NCBI GenBank assembly: GCA_964490075.1
Contig: CAZBBK010000041.1
Location: forward strand, 1-48,628
Length of the DNA stretch: 48,628 nt
Source of the DNA: an uncultured Gemmatimonadota bacterium
Lineage (GTDB): Bacteria; GCA-2686955
Direction: 5' to 3'
Shown: positions 26,950 to 36,107 of the stretch, in pieces
How positions within the stretch are numbered: position 1 is the first letter of the stretch
How the letters are laid out: each line of letters opens with the position of its first letter
The notes under the pieces: generated by a model
What the model was told of the DNA's origin: nothing
Seen by the model: the letters and a program-made list of their open reading frames with translations, nothing else
Databases searched by the model: none
Made by a program: the position numbers and the translations under genes

Positions 26950-29900
26950 AAGGCGCGATCGACTGGTTCGCGCGCAACGCGGTGGCCGCCAATCTACTGA
27001 TGGTCTTCATCATGGCGGCCGGCGCGTTGTCGATCTCCAGCCTGAAGACCGAGGTCTTCCCCGACATCTCCACCGACATCGTCACGGTGTCGGTTCCCTA
27101 CCCCGGCGCGACTCCGGCCGAGGTGGAGGAGTCGATCTGCACCCGCATCGAGGAATCGGTGCAGGGCATCTCCGGCATCGACCGGGTCAGCTCGACCGCG
27201 GTCGAGGATGCCGGATCGGTGCTGATCGAGCTGGTTCCCGAGATCGACGCGAGCCGCGCTCTGGACGAGATCAAGGCCGCGGTGGATGCCATCAGCACCT
27301 TTCCCGAGGATGCCGAGGCGCCGCTGGTTCAAGCGCTGCAGAAGACCAACCAGGTCATCAATGTAGCGATCTCGGGCAGGGCCGAGGAAGGAGCCCTGAA
27401 GCGACTGGGCGAGCAGGTGCGCGATGAGATCGCCGCACTGCCCGGCATCACCTTGGTGGAGCTGACCAACACCCGCGCCTACGAGATTTCGGTCGAAGTG
27501 TCGGAGGATGCGCTGCGCCGCTACGGTGCCACCTTCGACGAGGTGGCGGCGGCGCTGCGGCGCTCGTCGCTCGATCTGCCCGGCGGATCGGTGAAGACCG
27601 AGGGCGGGGAGATCCTGGTGCGCACCCAGGGCCAGGCCTACTCCGGCGATCAGTTCGCCGACCTGGTGGTGCGGACGCTGCACGACGGCACCCGGCTGCG
27701 GGTGCGTGATCTGGCGACAGTCGTGGACGGATTCGCCGAAGGCGACCTGCGCAGCCGCTTCGACGGCGAGCCGGCGGTGGTGATCGAGGTCTACCGGGTC
27801 GGCGACCAGAACGCGCTCGATGTCTCCAGCACCGTACACGCCTATGTCGAGCAGGCCCAAGCGCGCATGCCGGATGGAATCGAGCTGACCACCTGGATGG
27901 ATATGGCGGTGGTTCTGCGCGGCCGGCTGGGACTGCTGCTGCGCAACGGGCGTTTGGGAATCCTGCTGGTATTCTTGTCGCTGGCGCTTTTTCTGCGTCC
28001 CAGCCTGGCGTTCTGGGTGACGCTGGGCATTCCGATTTCGTTCTTGGGGACGCTGTGGTGTTTGCCCTTCACGGGAGTATCGATCAACCTGATCTCGCTC
28101 TTCGCCTTCATCATCGTGCTCGGCATCGTGGTCGACGATGCGATCATCGTCGGGGAGAACATCTACACCCACCGCAAGCAACAGAAATCAGCGTTGCGGG
28201 CCGCCATCGACGGCGCCCAGGAGGTGGCCACGCCGGTTGTATTCGCGGTGCTGACCACCGTGGCGGCCTTCTCTCCCTTGCTGCGTGTCACGGGGACCAT
28301 GGGACAAGTGATGCGGCAGATTCCGTCGGTGGTGATTCTGACGCTGCTCTTTTCGCTGGTGGAATCGTTGTTCATCCTGCCCGCCCACCTGGCGCACTTG
28401 AGAAAGCGGGCGCAGCGTGGCGCCACGACCGACTCCCTGGGGACCTGGCGCGATGTCCAGGACTGGTTTCAGCGCCTGATGGAATACATGGTTCAGCGCA
28501 CCTACGGACCGACGCTGGAAAGAGTGCTGCGCTTGCGCTATGCGACCGTCGGCCTGAGCATCGCTCTGCTCTTGATCACGATCGGAACGGTCGCCGGGGG
28601 ACGCACCAGGTTCACCTTCTTTCCCAGTGTCGAGGCCGACAACGTGGTGGCGGTGCTGTCGATGCCGCTGGGAACCTCCGTGGCCCGCACCAGCGACGCG
28701 GTGCGGAAGCTGGAGCGTTCGGCCCAGCAGGCCAGGGAGGAGCTCGAAGCGCGCGAGGGCGGGCCGGTGTTCGCGCACGTCTTGTCGTCGATCGGGCGCC
28801 AGCCCTTCAACGAGATGCAGGCTCGACACACGCCGGAATCGCAACGGGTCTCGATCAGCGACTCGCATCTGGGCGAAGTGAACATCCAGCTCGTGCCCTC
28901 GGAGACGCGCGAGACCAACGCGATCGAAGTCGTCGATCGCTGGCGGATACTGACCGGGCCGGTCACCGACGCGGTGGAGCTGACCTTCAGCTCGGAGCTC
29001 TTCTCCAGCGGCGCTCCGATCGATATCCAGCTATCGTGTCGCGATCTCGATCGGTTGACCGACGCCGCCGACCAGCTCAAGGAGCACCTCGGGACCTTTC
29101 CGGGGCTTTACGACATCGCCGATTCGTACATGGCCGGCAAGGAGGAGATCCGCCTTTCGATCCGCCCCGAAGGCGAGGCCCTGGGGCTGACGCTCGCCGA
29201 CCTGGCGCGCCAGGTTCGCCAGGGCTTCTACGGCGAAGAGGTGCAGCGCATCCAGCGCGGCCGCGACGAGGTCAAGGTGATGGTGCGCTACACCGAGGCG
29301 GAGCGCCGCTCGCTGGCCAGCCTGGAGCGGATGCGGATCCGGGTTCCGGGCGGCGGCGAGGTCCCCTTCGCGACCGTGGCGCGCGCCACCACCAGCCGCG
29401 CGCCGGCCACCATCCGGCGGGTCGATCGCAAACGTAGCCTGCAAGTCACCGCCCAGGCCGATCTGGAGGTCGCCAATCCCAACCGCGTCATCGAGTCCCT
29501 CACCGCCGACTATCTGCCGCGACTGGTCGGCCGCTACCCCGGGCTCGACTACAGTCTCGAGGGGGAACAGCGCGAGCAGGCCGAGACGCTGGCCAGCCTG
29601 GGGCGCGGCTTTGTGCTGGCGATCGTGATGATCTACGCGCTCCTGGCGATCCCTTTTCGATCCTACGTGCAGCCGCTGGTGGTGATGTCGGCGATCCCCT
29701 TCGGGCTGATGGGCGCGATCTGGGGGCACTGGTTGATGCGTCTCGACATGACCATTCTGTCGCTCTTTGGAATGGTGGCGCTGACCGGTGTGGTGGTGAA
29801 CGACTCACTGGTGCTGGTCGACTTCATCAACCGCAAGCGGCGCGGAGGTCTGCCGCTGCGGGTCGCGGTCCGCGATGCCGGCAAGGCGCGCTTCCGTCCG

Positions 29901-30161
29901 ATCGTGTTGACCTCTTTGACGACCTTTCTGGGATTGACGCCGATGCTGCTGGAGCGCTCTCTGCAGGCTCGCTTCCTGATCCCGATGGCGACCTCGCTGG
30001 CCTTCGGCGTGCTCTTCGCCACCTTCGTGACGATGCTGGTTGTGCCGGTCTGCTACCTGATCCTCGAGGATCTGAAGGGGCTCTTTCCGGGCCGCCGGCA
30101 AGACGCCGTGGATGACGAGCCGGAGATCTCGGGGCACCCGATCGTGCCGGTGGGGTCTTGA
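26946..30161 (+). CDS. RND efflux permease (AcrB/AcrD/AcrF family)
   Basis: NAVAANLLM, YPGATPAEVEE, GIVVDDAIIVGENI, RFRPIVLTSLTT. ATG at 26946. Confidence 0.95.
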   Translation: MKGAIDWFARNAVAANLLMVFIMAAGALSISSLKTEVFPDISTDIVTVSVPYPGATPAEVEESICTRIEESVQGISGIDRVSSTAVEDAGSVLIELVPEIDASRALDEIKAAVDAISTFPEDAEAPLVQALQKTNQVINVAISGRAEEGALKRLGEQVRDEIAALPGITLVELTNTRAYEISVEVSEDALRRYGATFDEVAAALRRSSLDLPGGSVKTEGGEILVRTQGQAYSGDQFADLVVRTLHDGTRLRVRDLATVVDGFAEGDLRSRFDGEPAVVIEVYRVGDQNALDVSSTVHAYVEQAQARMPDGIELTTWMDMAVVLRGRLGLLLRNGRLGILLVFLSLALFLRPSLAFWVTLGIPISFLGTLWCLPFTGVSINLISLFAFIIVLGIVVDDAIIVGENIYTHRKQQKSALRAAIDGAQEVATPVVFAVLTTVAAFSPLLRVTGTMGQVMRQIPSVVILTLLFSLVESLFILPAHLAHLRKRAQRGATTDSLGTWRDVQDWFQRLMEYMVQRTYGPTLERVLRLRYATVGLSIALLLITIGTVAGGRTRFTFFPSVEADNVVAVLSMPLGTSVARTSDAVRKLERSAQQAREELEAREGGPVFAHVLSSIGRQPFNEMQARHTPESQRVSISDSHLGEVNIQLVPSETRETNAIEVVDRWRILTGPVTDAVELTFSSELFSSGAPIDIQLSCRDLDRLTDAADQLKEHLGTFPGLYDIADSYMAGKEEIRLSIRPEGEALGLTLADLARQVRQGFYGEEVQRIQRGRDEVKVMVRYTEAERRSLASLERMRIRVPGGGEVPFATVARATTSRAPATIRRVDRKRSLQVTAQADLEVANPNRVIESLTADYLPRLVGRYPGLDYSLEGEQREQAETLASLGRGFVLAIVMIYALLAIPFRSYVQPLVVMSAIPFGLMGAIWGHWLMRLDMTILSLFGMVALTGVVVNDSLVLVDFINRKRRGGLPLRVAVRDAGKARFRPIVLTSLTTFLGLTPMLLERSLQARFLIPMATSLAFGVLFATFVTMLVVPVCYLILEDLKGLFPGRRQDAVDDEPEISGHPIVPVGS

Positions 30162-30170
30162 ATCGCGCCG

Positions 30171-30209
30171 ATGGTGGCGGCGATGGTCTCCGACTCCGGG
30201 AGGCACAGC
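30171..30209. repeat. 39-bp direct repeat, copy 1 (REP-like)
   Basis: ATGGTGGCGGCGATGGTCTCCGACTCCGGGAGGCACAGC; 38/39 identical to 32158-32196. Confidence 0.9.
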
Positions 30210-30446
30210 CATGTTGGAGTAGGTGTCATACGCCCACAATTCCTGCCGCAAATCTGGCCTGAAGCTCCGCAAGCAGACTCGTAGCCATCAACGGAACGGG
30301 CGCCAGATCCAGCCGGTCGCGGGGCCGGAGTTACGGAATCCCCAGGCGCCGCCACGCCCGAAAACACTGTCTACATATTCCCGAAAGTACTCGCGGACTG
30401 GTCACGCGCGGCCGCCTGGGACATAATCAACAGCCCGGAGAAGAAG

Positions 30447-30800
30447 ATGACCACGCCGCCAGCCTTTCCCTCAGTCGACGACGCCCTCTTGAACGAGGCG
30501 GTCAGGCGGATCCTCACGGTCGGCGATCCCGAGCAGGTCGTGCTCTTCGGATCGCACGCTCGAGGCGACGCCCGGCGGGACTCCGACCTGGATCTGCTGG
30601 TCGTCGAGCCCAGCCAACTGCCGCGCTTTCGGCGCCCGGCCCGCTACCGCCGCGCCCTCCGGGGGCTCCACCCCTCCAAAGACATCGTCGTCTGGACTCC
30701 CGAAGAGGTGGCTGAATGGGTCGGCGTCCCCAACGCATTCATTGCCAACGCTTTGAGCGAAGGCCGAGTGCTCTATTCCAGGGCGGGCTCGCGTGGGTGA
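30447..30800 (+). CDS. Minimal nucleotidyltransferase (MNT), antitoxin-like
   Basis: VVLFGSHARGDARRDSDLDLLVV, KDIVVWTPEE, EGRVLY. CATAAT -10-like box at about 30422 and GGAG RBS. Confidence 0.9.
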   Translation: MTTPPAFPSVDDALLNEAVRRILTVGDPEQVVLFGSHARGDARRDSDLDLLVVEPSQLPRFRRPARYRRALRGLHPSKDIVVWTPEEVAEWVGVPNAFIANALSEGRVLYSRAGSRG

Positions 30801-31224
30801 TGCACGCTCGCTGGCGAGGGGATGGCAGAAGAAAGCGGAATCCGATCTCGTGTGTTCTCGCACGATGGTCGCGACGAATGGGCCGTACGACACTGCCTGC
30901 TTTCACGCCCAGCAGGCCGTCGAGAAGCTACTGAAAGCGTGGCTGACGCGGGTGGAGCACCCTATCCCCAGAACCCACGACGTGGAGGAGCTCGCGGATC
31001 TCTGCGCCACCCAGGGGCTCGACCTCGGATCGATCGATCTCGAGGAGCTGAGCACCTACGCGGTCGAGATCCGCTATGACGCGGATTTCTGGCCAGCGAT
31101 CGAAGATGCGCGCGACGCCCTGGCGACAGCCGAGCGCATCTGGATGACGGTGAGCGCTGCGATCGATGGCGCAGATCCCGAGTCCAACGTCGACCACCAA
31201 GCCCCACAGCAACCGGATGCCTGA
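30793..31224 (+). CDS. HEPN domain protein (MNT-HEPN module partner)
   Basis: WQKKAESDL, ACFHAQQAVEKLLKA, PRTHDVEEL, YAVEIRY. Overlaps the MNT gene by 8 bp. Confidence 0.9.
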   Translation: MGDARSLARGWQKKAESDLVCSRTMVATNGPYDTACFHAQQAVEKLLKAWLTRVEHPIPRTHDVEELADLCATQGLDLGSIDLEELSTYAVEIRYDADFWPAIEDARDALATAERIWMTVSAAIDGADPESNVDHQAPQQPDA

Positions 31225-31659
31225 CCACGGGTCTGCCGGGAACCCCTTCTTGGGGCCCGCGCCTGCCGGAGGCAGCGAGCTTCGCTCGGTGTCTCTCGGC
31301 CAACGGTGATTTGCATTCGGCCGTCCGGCTTGCAGAGATCGACACGTCGGGCGGTCGACCGTGGAAGAGTCGGCCAAGCCGGCAAGACGACCCAAGGACA
31401 CACGCTCGTGTGAGGCTCATCTCTCATCCGGCTTCCTCGGTGTCGCCCGCGAGCCGCCAGCGCAGGGCAAGCTTCGCCGCTTGCGCCGCCTGGGCGCCAT
31501 GCCAGGCGGGTTTCCGAGAACGAGAACGGTCGTGCGAACCGTGGAGCGGCCGAGGGGCGTCAGGCGAAGTCGAGATCGGGTTCATCGAGCGGTCGCGCGG
31601 GCTCAATCGGGGGCGCGCGGGTCGGCGGGCCGGCCGCGCTCAGAATGGGCACAATCGTT

Positions 31660-32070
31660 CCGCGCTCAGTTGAGTGCCACGAGCCGCTCGGTCGCGATCG
31701 GCGGGCGGGTTGTGGACCGGCACAACCGTTCCAGGGCGGCACGGTCGTCGGCCTCCAGGGCAACGCCGGCGTGGAGGCTGAACCCGCCGGCGCTGGAATC
31801 GCGTCGGGTCGCGGCCACTCCCGCGGCTCCCTGCGCCGAACCCGGCGCGCGATGCGAGCCAAATCGTCTTCGTCCGGCGCCGGTGTGGGATGGAAGAGCA
31901 GCTCGCCGTCTTCCGCTGCAGTGGCCGAGTCGTACTCCCTGCTTGAGCGCCTGGCGCCGAATCCAGGCCTACACGGCCCGCAGGAACTCACGCGGCACGA
32001 TTCGGCGCAGGTCTGATTTGAACGCCACCAAGGCGCGCAGGTCGAAGGAGAGGCTTGGCTGCCATCGCGC
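31660..32070 (-). mobile_element. Degenerate IS91-family (rolling-circle, Y2/HUH) transposase relic
   Basis: Fragments in three frames: RWQPSLSFDLRALVAF..LRRIV.REFLRAV*AWIRRQA; LFHPTPAPDEDDLARIARRVRRR; GGFSLHAGVALEADDRAALERLCRSTTRPPIATERL. The HUH segment is missing and the LCRY tyrosine reads Ser. Confidence 0.75.
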
Positions 32071-33948
32071 TCGCCCCTGCCTGTCAGCGCAGCTCCCCTC
32101 CCAGCCGTCGCCGCCGCCCCCGCAGATCCTCGAAGAGCGCCACCCCCCCCATACATCATGGTGGCGGCGATGGTCTCCGACTCCGGGAGCCACAGCACGC
32201 TGCCGACGGTTCCCGCGGTCTTCGCCGAGGGCGACGGAGGCTCCGTAGTTGGTGTGGAGGTTACCGCTCGAGATCAGCTCGAAGCTCCGGGGCTTCTGGT
32301 GAAGCCGGAAGAGATCGAGCTCGCCCAGGATGGAGTGGACCGCGACCAGATCACTGCTCCGGCAGATGTCGTTGACCGAGCCGCTGGCCGGCACCACGGC
32401 CAGTTCGTAGAAGAGGGAGTCCGGATGGCTGGGCCAGTCGAAGGCGTAAAGGTGTACCAGGCCTCCTTCGCCAGTCATGACCAGAGTGCCTTGGGGGGAG
32501 GTCCAGGCGGAGATGGTGTTGATCTTGATGGGGAGCGGAAGCTCGGCGAGGAGTCGGGGAGCCGAGGGATCGGCGAAGTCGACCGCCTGAACCCCGTTTC
32601 TGTCGCTGGCGAAGACGACACTGTCGGCGACCGCCAGGGCACCGGAGCCGCTTCCCTTCCATGAGCCGATCTCGGTCAGACCACCGCGCCCGTCGTCTTC
32701 GAACACCAAGAAATCGGCGTCCAGGCCGCTTACCGTGGCGGCGACCCAGCTCGAATGCGGATCGATCGCCACACGAACGTAGTCCCGACCATCGTCGTAG
32801 CGGGCCACCTGCCGGTAGGTCTCGGCCCAGGCTCCATCGAGGACCCGGATCCCGCCATCGACATCGGCGACGTAGACGCGCGAGCCCCACGCCGCCGCGC
32901 GGCTGGCATGGCCGGGGATCGTCACCCCTCCCAAGGCCACCGGCCGCCGCGGATCGGAGGTGTCGTAGCGGCGCAGGCCGCCGGCGAATTCGGCGGCGAT
33001 CAGTGTCGTTCCGTCAAAGTCGATGCCGAGAACGTCGCCAAAGGTGGGAAACTCGTATAGCCGGCGCCACTCGCCTCTCTTGCCAACGCCGACCAACGCG
33101 ATGCTCGGCTCCCAGAAGCCCTGAGCCCGAGCCAGGATCGAGTCGCGGAGGGCGAAATCGTAGACCCTCTGCTCGACTTCCTGGTCGACGAGCAGGCGGG
33201 GATGGCTCGGGTCGGGGACCAGGGCGTGGACCGTGACCCAGTGCCGTGGAAGGCCGCCATCGTTGTCCCACGAGGTGAAGATCAGGCCGTCCCGTACCAG
33301 CAGGGCTCGGGTGCGACGGTCCTCGTACTCGATCTGGGTGAGCCAACGAGGATCGCTCGGCTCGGAGAGATCGATGATCTCCACCTCGTTTCCGCCGGTT
33401 CCGAACACCAGACCGCTGGCAAGCGTGAAGCCTTGCCTCGACGTAGGGAGCGTAGATAGCCAGCGCGGTCCGTCGGGGGCCCTGGGGTTCGCAATGCTGT
33501 ACACGCCGCGATCCGGTCCCGACTGCACCAGAACCGTGTCTTCGACATCGACGCCGTACCAGGTACCGGGGGAATCCCAGATGCGGAGCGGCGGATTGCT
33601 GTCGAGGCCGTAGGCTCGCAGGGCGTCGGCGTCGCGCCAGGCACCGGCACGGACTGCGAAGTACAGCAGATCGTCTGCGACCTCGTAGTCACCGTCGGTG
33701 AGGTAGTCATCCGAGATCGGGAGCCCAAAGACCCCACCATTGTCTACCAATGAGCGCTCCATGAGCCACAGCGTTCCGTCGGTCCGCAGCGCCACCCGCG
33801 GGGCACTTCCGGCCAGCCCCGCGGTCGCAACGGCCCAGACGAGCCCCGAGCTCACGAGGCCGGCCTCTTGAAGCGCAGCAGTGCGGCGTCGTGCGCGCCG
33901 AGGCCGTCCTGATCGCCGATCTGGATCTCGTACCGGTCGGCGTCGCAT
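31969..33948 (-). pseudogene. LVIVD-repeat (beta-propeller) protein, apparently 3'-truncated at about 32200
   Basis: Repeats VEIIDLSEPSDPRWL, GLRRYDTSDPRRPVALG, VYVADVDGGIRVLD, GVQAVDFADPSAPRLLA. After about 32200 the frame reads through the repeat and the IS91 relic to a stop at 31969. Start uncertain. Confidence 0.65.
32158..32196. repeat. 39-bp direct repeat, copy 2 (REP-like)
   Basis: ATGGTGGCGGCGATGGTCTCCGACTCCGGGAGCCACAGC; sits where the LVIVD gene loses its repeat character. Confidence 0.9.
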
Positions 33949-33997
33949 TCTGTTGCGCGACTGGAGCGGGGCAGATTCCCATGTGGCCGGTACGGGT

Positions 33998-34929
33998 CTA
34001 CTGCGATGCATCCTCATCGACCGCACTCAGCGGCAAGAGCTTGCGCAGGCTGCCATCCAGGTTTGGGAGCTGGACCCGCACCGAGGGATCGAGCGAGTTG
34101 GCGTAGAGCCGGATCGGATAGCAGGGTGTGCCGTCGTAGGTACGAAGGGCCACGATGGCGTAGTCGTCTTCGTCGCGTGCTCGCACCACGTCGGCGGTGA
34201 TACGCTCGTCGTTCGACTCGTCGAGCACGGCCAGAGACTCGGAGGGGGCCGTCCCGTCTCCCGGTAGACGACGATATTGGGCGACGCGGCCAGGTCGAAG
34301 CTGTGCTCGGCATCACGGATCCAGTGGCGCAGCGGGTGACATTCGATGTTGTCGAAAAACGTGGAACAGCTCATCTCGTTGCCGGCCAGCCAGCCACCGA
34401 GAGCGGGGTGCCGGCCGAAGAAGCGCACCCAGTTCCGCACGAGGCCCTTGTTCAATGTCCACCGCCCGATGTTGGAGGCCCAGCGGTGCGGAGGAGGCCA
34501 GACCGGCACCTGCGGCACGACGAAGAGCCCGAGCTCGTGTGCCTCATCCATGATCCGCAGCAGCTCTCGCTTGGTCGGAAACACCTGGGGGCCGAAATTG
34601 TGGCCGCTTGCGCCTACGGGGCTCGTCTCGAACACCACTCCGGTGAACCCCAAGTCCCTCACCTCTTCCAGGTGCGCGATCAGGCTCTCGTAGCTGTCCT
34701 CGCCGTTGCTGGAGACCAAGAATCTGGGCACCTGCACCTGCCAGGGCTGGCCTTCGTGCTCCCGTGCGTAGAGGAAACCGTCGCGAGAGAGCGTCATCTC
34801 CAGCGCAGGATCAGCCGCATGCGGGGCATCCCAGGTGAGCTCGTCCGAGAGCCCCACTCTGTCGACCTCGAGCCGGTCGCCCGCGACCTCGCCGCCCTCT
34901 TCGGAGCGGGGCCCCGAGTCCTTTCTCAT
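33998..34929 (-). pseudogene. Glycoside hydrolase-like (clan GH-A TIM barrel) fragment with frameshift
   Basis: LEEVRDLGFTGVV, IMDEAHELGLFVV, FGRHPALGGWLAGNE (acid/base-type NE). Protein-like sequence switches frame near 34230, and the fragment is too short for a full barrel. Confidence 0.5.
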
Positions 34930-35085
34930 GCTTCAATTCTGGTGTGCGATCACGCGGGCCCGTCACCCCTTCTCTCCGCGGAGCCGCCGATCGCGCCCTG
35001 GGGTCGTGACCCCAAGCCCGTGGAAAACCCGGCGCAGCCGTTCTATGCTCGGCATCCGATCGATTTTCTGCGAAAGGGCACCGCG

Positions 35086-35982
35086 GTGAAGCGCTCAAAA
35101 CCGGGATCGGCGCTGGTGGTCGGCGCCAGCGGCTATGTCGGCCGCGGCCTGGTTCCGGCCCTGGCCGAGGCCGGCTTCTCGGTGGTGGCGACCGGGTTCG
35201 CGAACCTGGCGTCGGTTGCCGCGGGGAAGGGGATCGACGCGCGCCCTCTGGATGTCCGCGATGGGCCGGCGGTGCGTGCCCTGGTCGACGAGGTCCGTCC
35301 CGAGGTGCTTTTCGATTGCACCACCGTCTCTCGCCCCGAGCTGCTGGTGCCGGTGGTCGTGGATGGTGCCCGGCGCCTGGCCACGGCGGCCGCCGCTTGC
35401 GATGCGCGGCATATTCTGCTGTCCACCGACAACGTATTCGACGGCGCGACCGGCTGGTACGCGGAGGAGGATCCGATCTGCCCCGTGAACGCCTACGGGC
35501 GCGCCAAGGCGGCGGCCGAGGCGCTGGTGCTGCGCCTGGCGCGTCACCCCGTGATCGTGCGCACCTCGCTGGTCAGCGGCCTCGAGCCGCTCGATCCTCG
35601 ATCGCGCTGGGTGGTGGATGCCCTCGCGCGAGGAGAAGATGTCGCGCTCTTCACCGACGAGTTTCGCTGCCCGATCTGGATCGAAGACCTGGTGGCGGCG
35701 CTGCTGGAGCTGACCCGGACGACACATCGCGGGCCGCTCCACGTGGTGGGGCCCGAGCGCCTCTCGCGTTACGACATCGGTGCCCTGCTGGCGGCCTGGC
35801 TGGGGCTTCCACAGGGCCACCTGAAGCCTGCGCTCGCGGGGCGTTCGGGGATGAACCGGACGCTCGACGGATCGTTGGCCACGGCTCGCTCGCGACAGAT
35901 TTTGAAGACCGTGCTGCGCGGCTTCGAGACGCGCCTCCTGCCCTTGATCGAGGGCCAGCGTCCGGAGCCGGTGAGCGACTAG
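35086..35982 (+). CDS. Extended SDR, dTDP-4-dehydrorhamnose reductase (RmlD)-like
   Basis: GASGYVG, LSTDNVFDG, PVNAYGRAK (YxxxK), LFTDEFRCPI. Confidence 0.85.
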   Translation: MKRSKPGSALVVGASGYVGRGLVPALAEAGFSVVATGFANLASVAAGKGIDARPLDVRDGPAVRALVDEVRPEVLFDCTTVSRPELLVPVVVDGARRLATAAAACDARHILLSTDNVFDGATGWYAEEDPICPVNAYGRAKAAAEALVLRLARHPVIVRTSLVSGLEPLDPRSRWVVDALARGEDVALFTDEFRCPIWIEDLVAALLELTRTTHRGPLHVVGPERLSRYDIGALLAAWLGLPQGHLKPALAGRSGMNRTLDGSLATARSRQILKTVLRGFETRLLPLIEGQRPEPVSD

Positions 35983-36107
35983 ATCTACTTTGACACTTCC
36001 AACGGTCCGAAGAATCCAACCGCGATCTCTGCCCCCTCTGAGACCTCTTGGCCTCTGCGGTCTCTGCGGTTAGATACCTTCGGTTTGTCGAAGGTGCCAA
36101 AGTAGAA
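35983..36107. mobile_element. 125-bp MITE-like element with imperfect terminal inverted repeats, flanked by a CTAG duplication
   Basis: CTAG at 35979-35982 and 36108-36111. Left end TCTACTTTGACACTTCCAAC vs reverse complement of right end TCTACTTTGGCACCTTCGAC (16/20). Internal CTCTG(CGG) short repeats. Confidence 0.7.

Noticed and set aside
31225-31500. Integron attC-like or structured ncRNA hairpins after the HEPN gene
   Set aside because: Only short GC hairpins (e.g. CGAGC-TTC-GCTCG); no convincing R''/R' box pair and no integrase.
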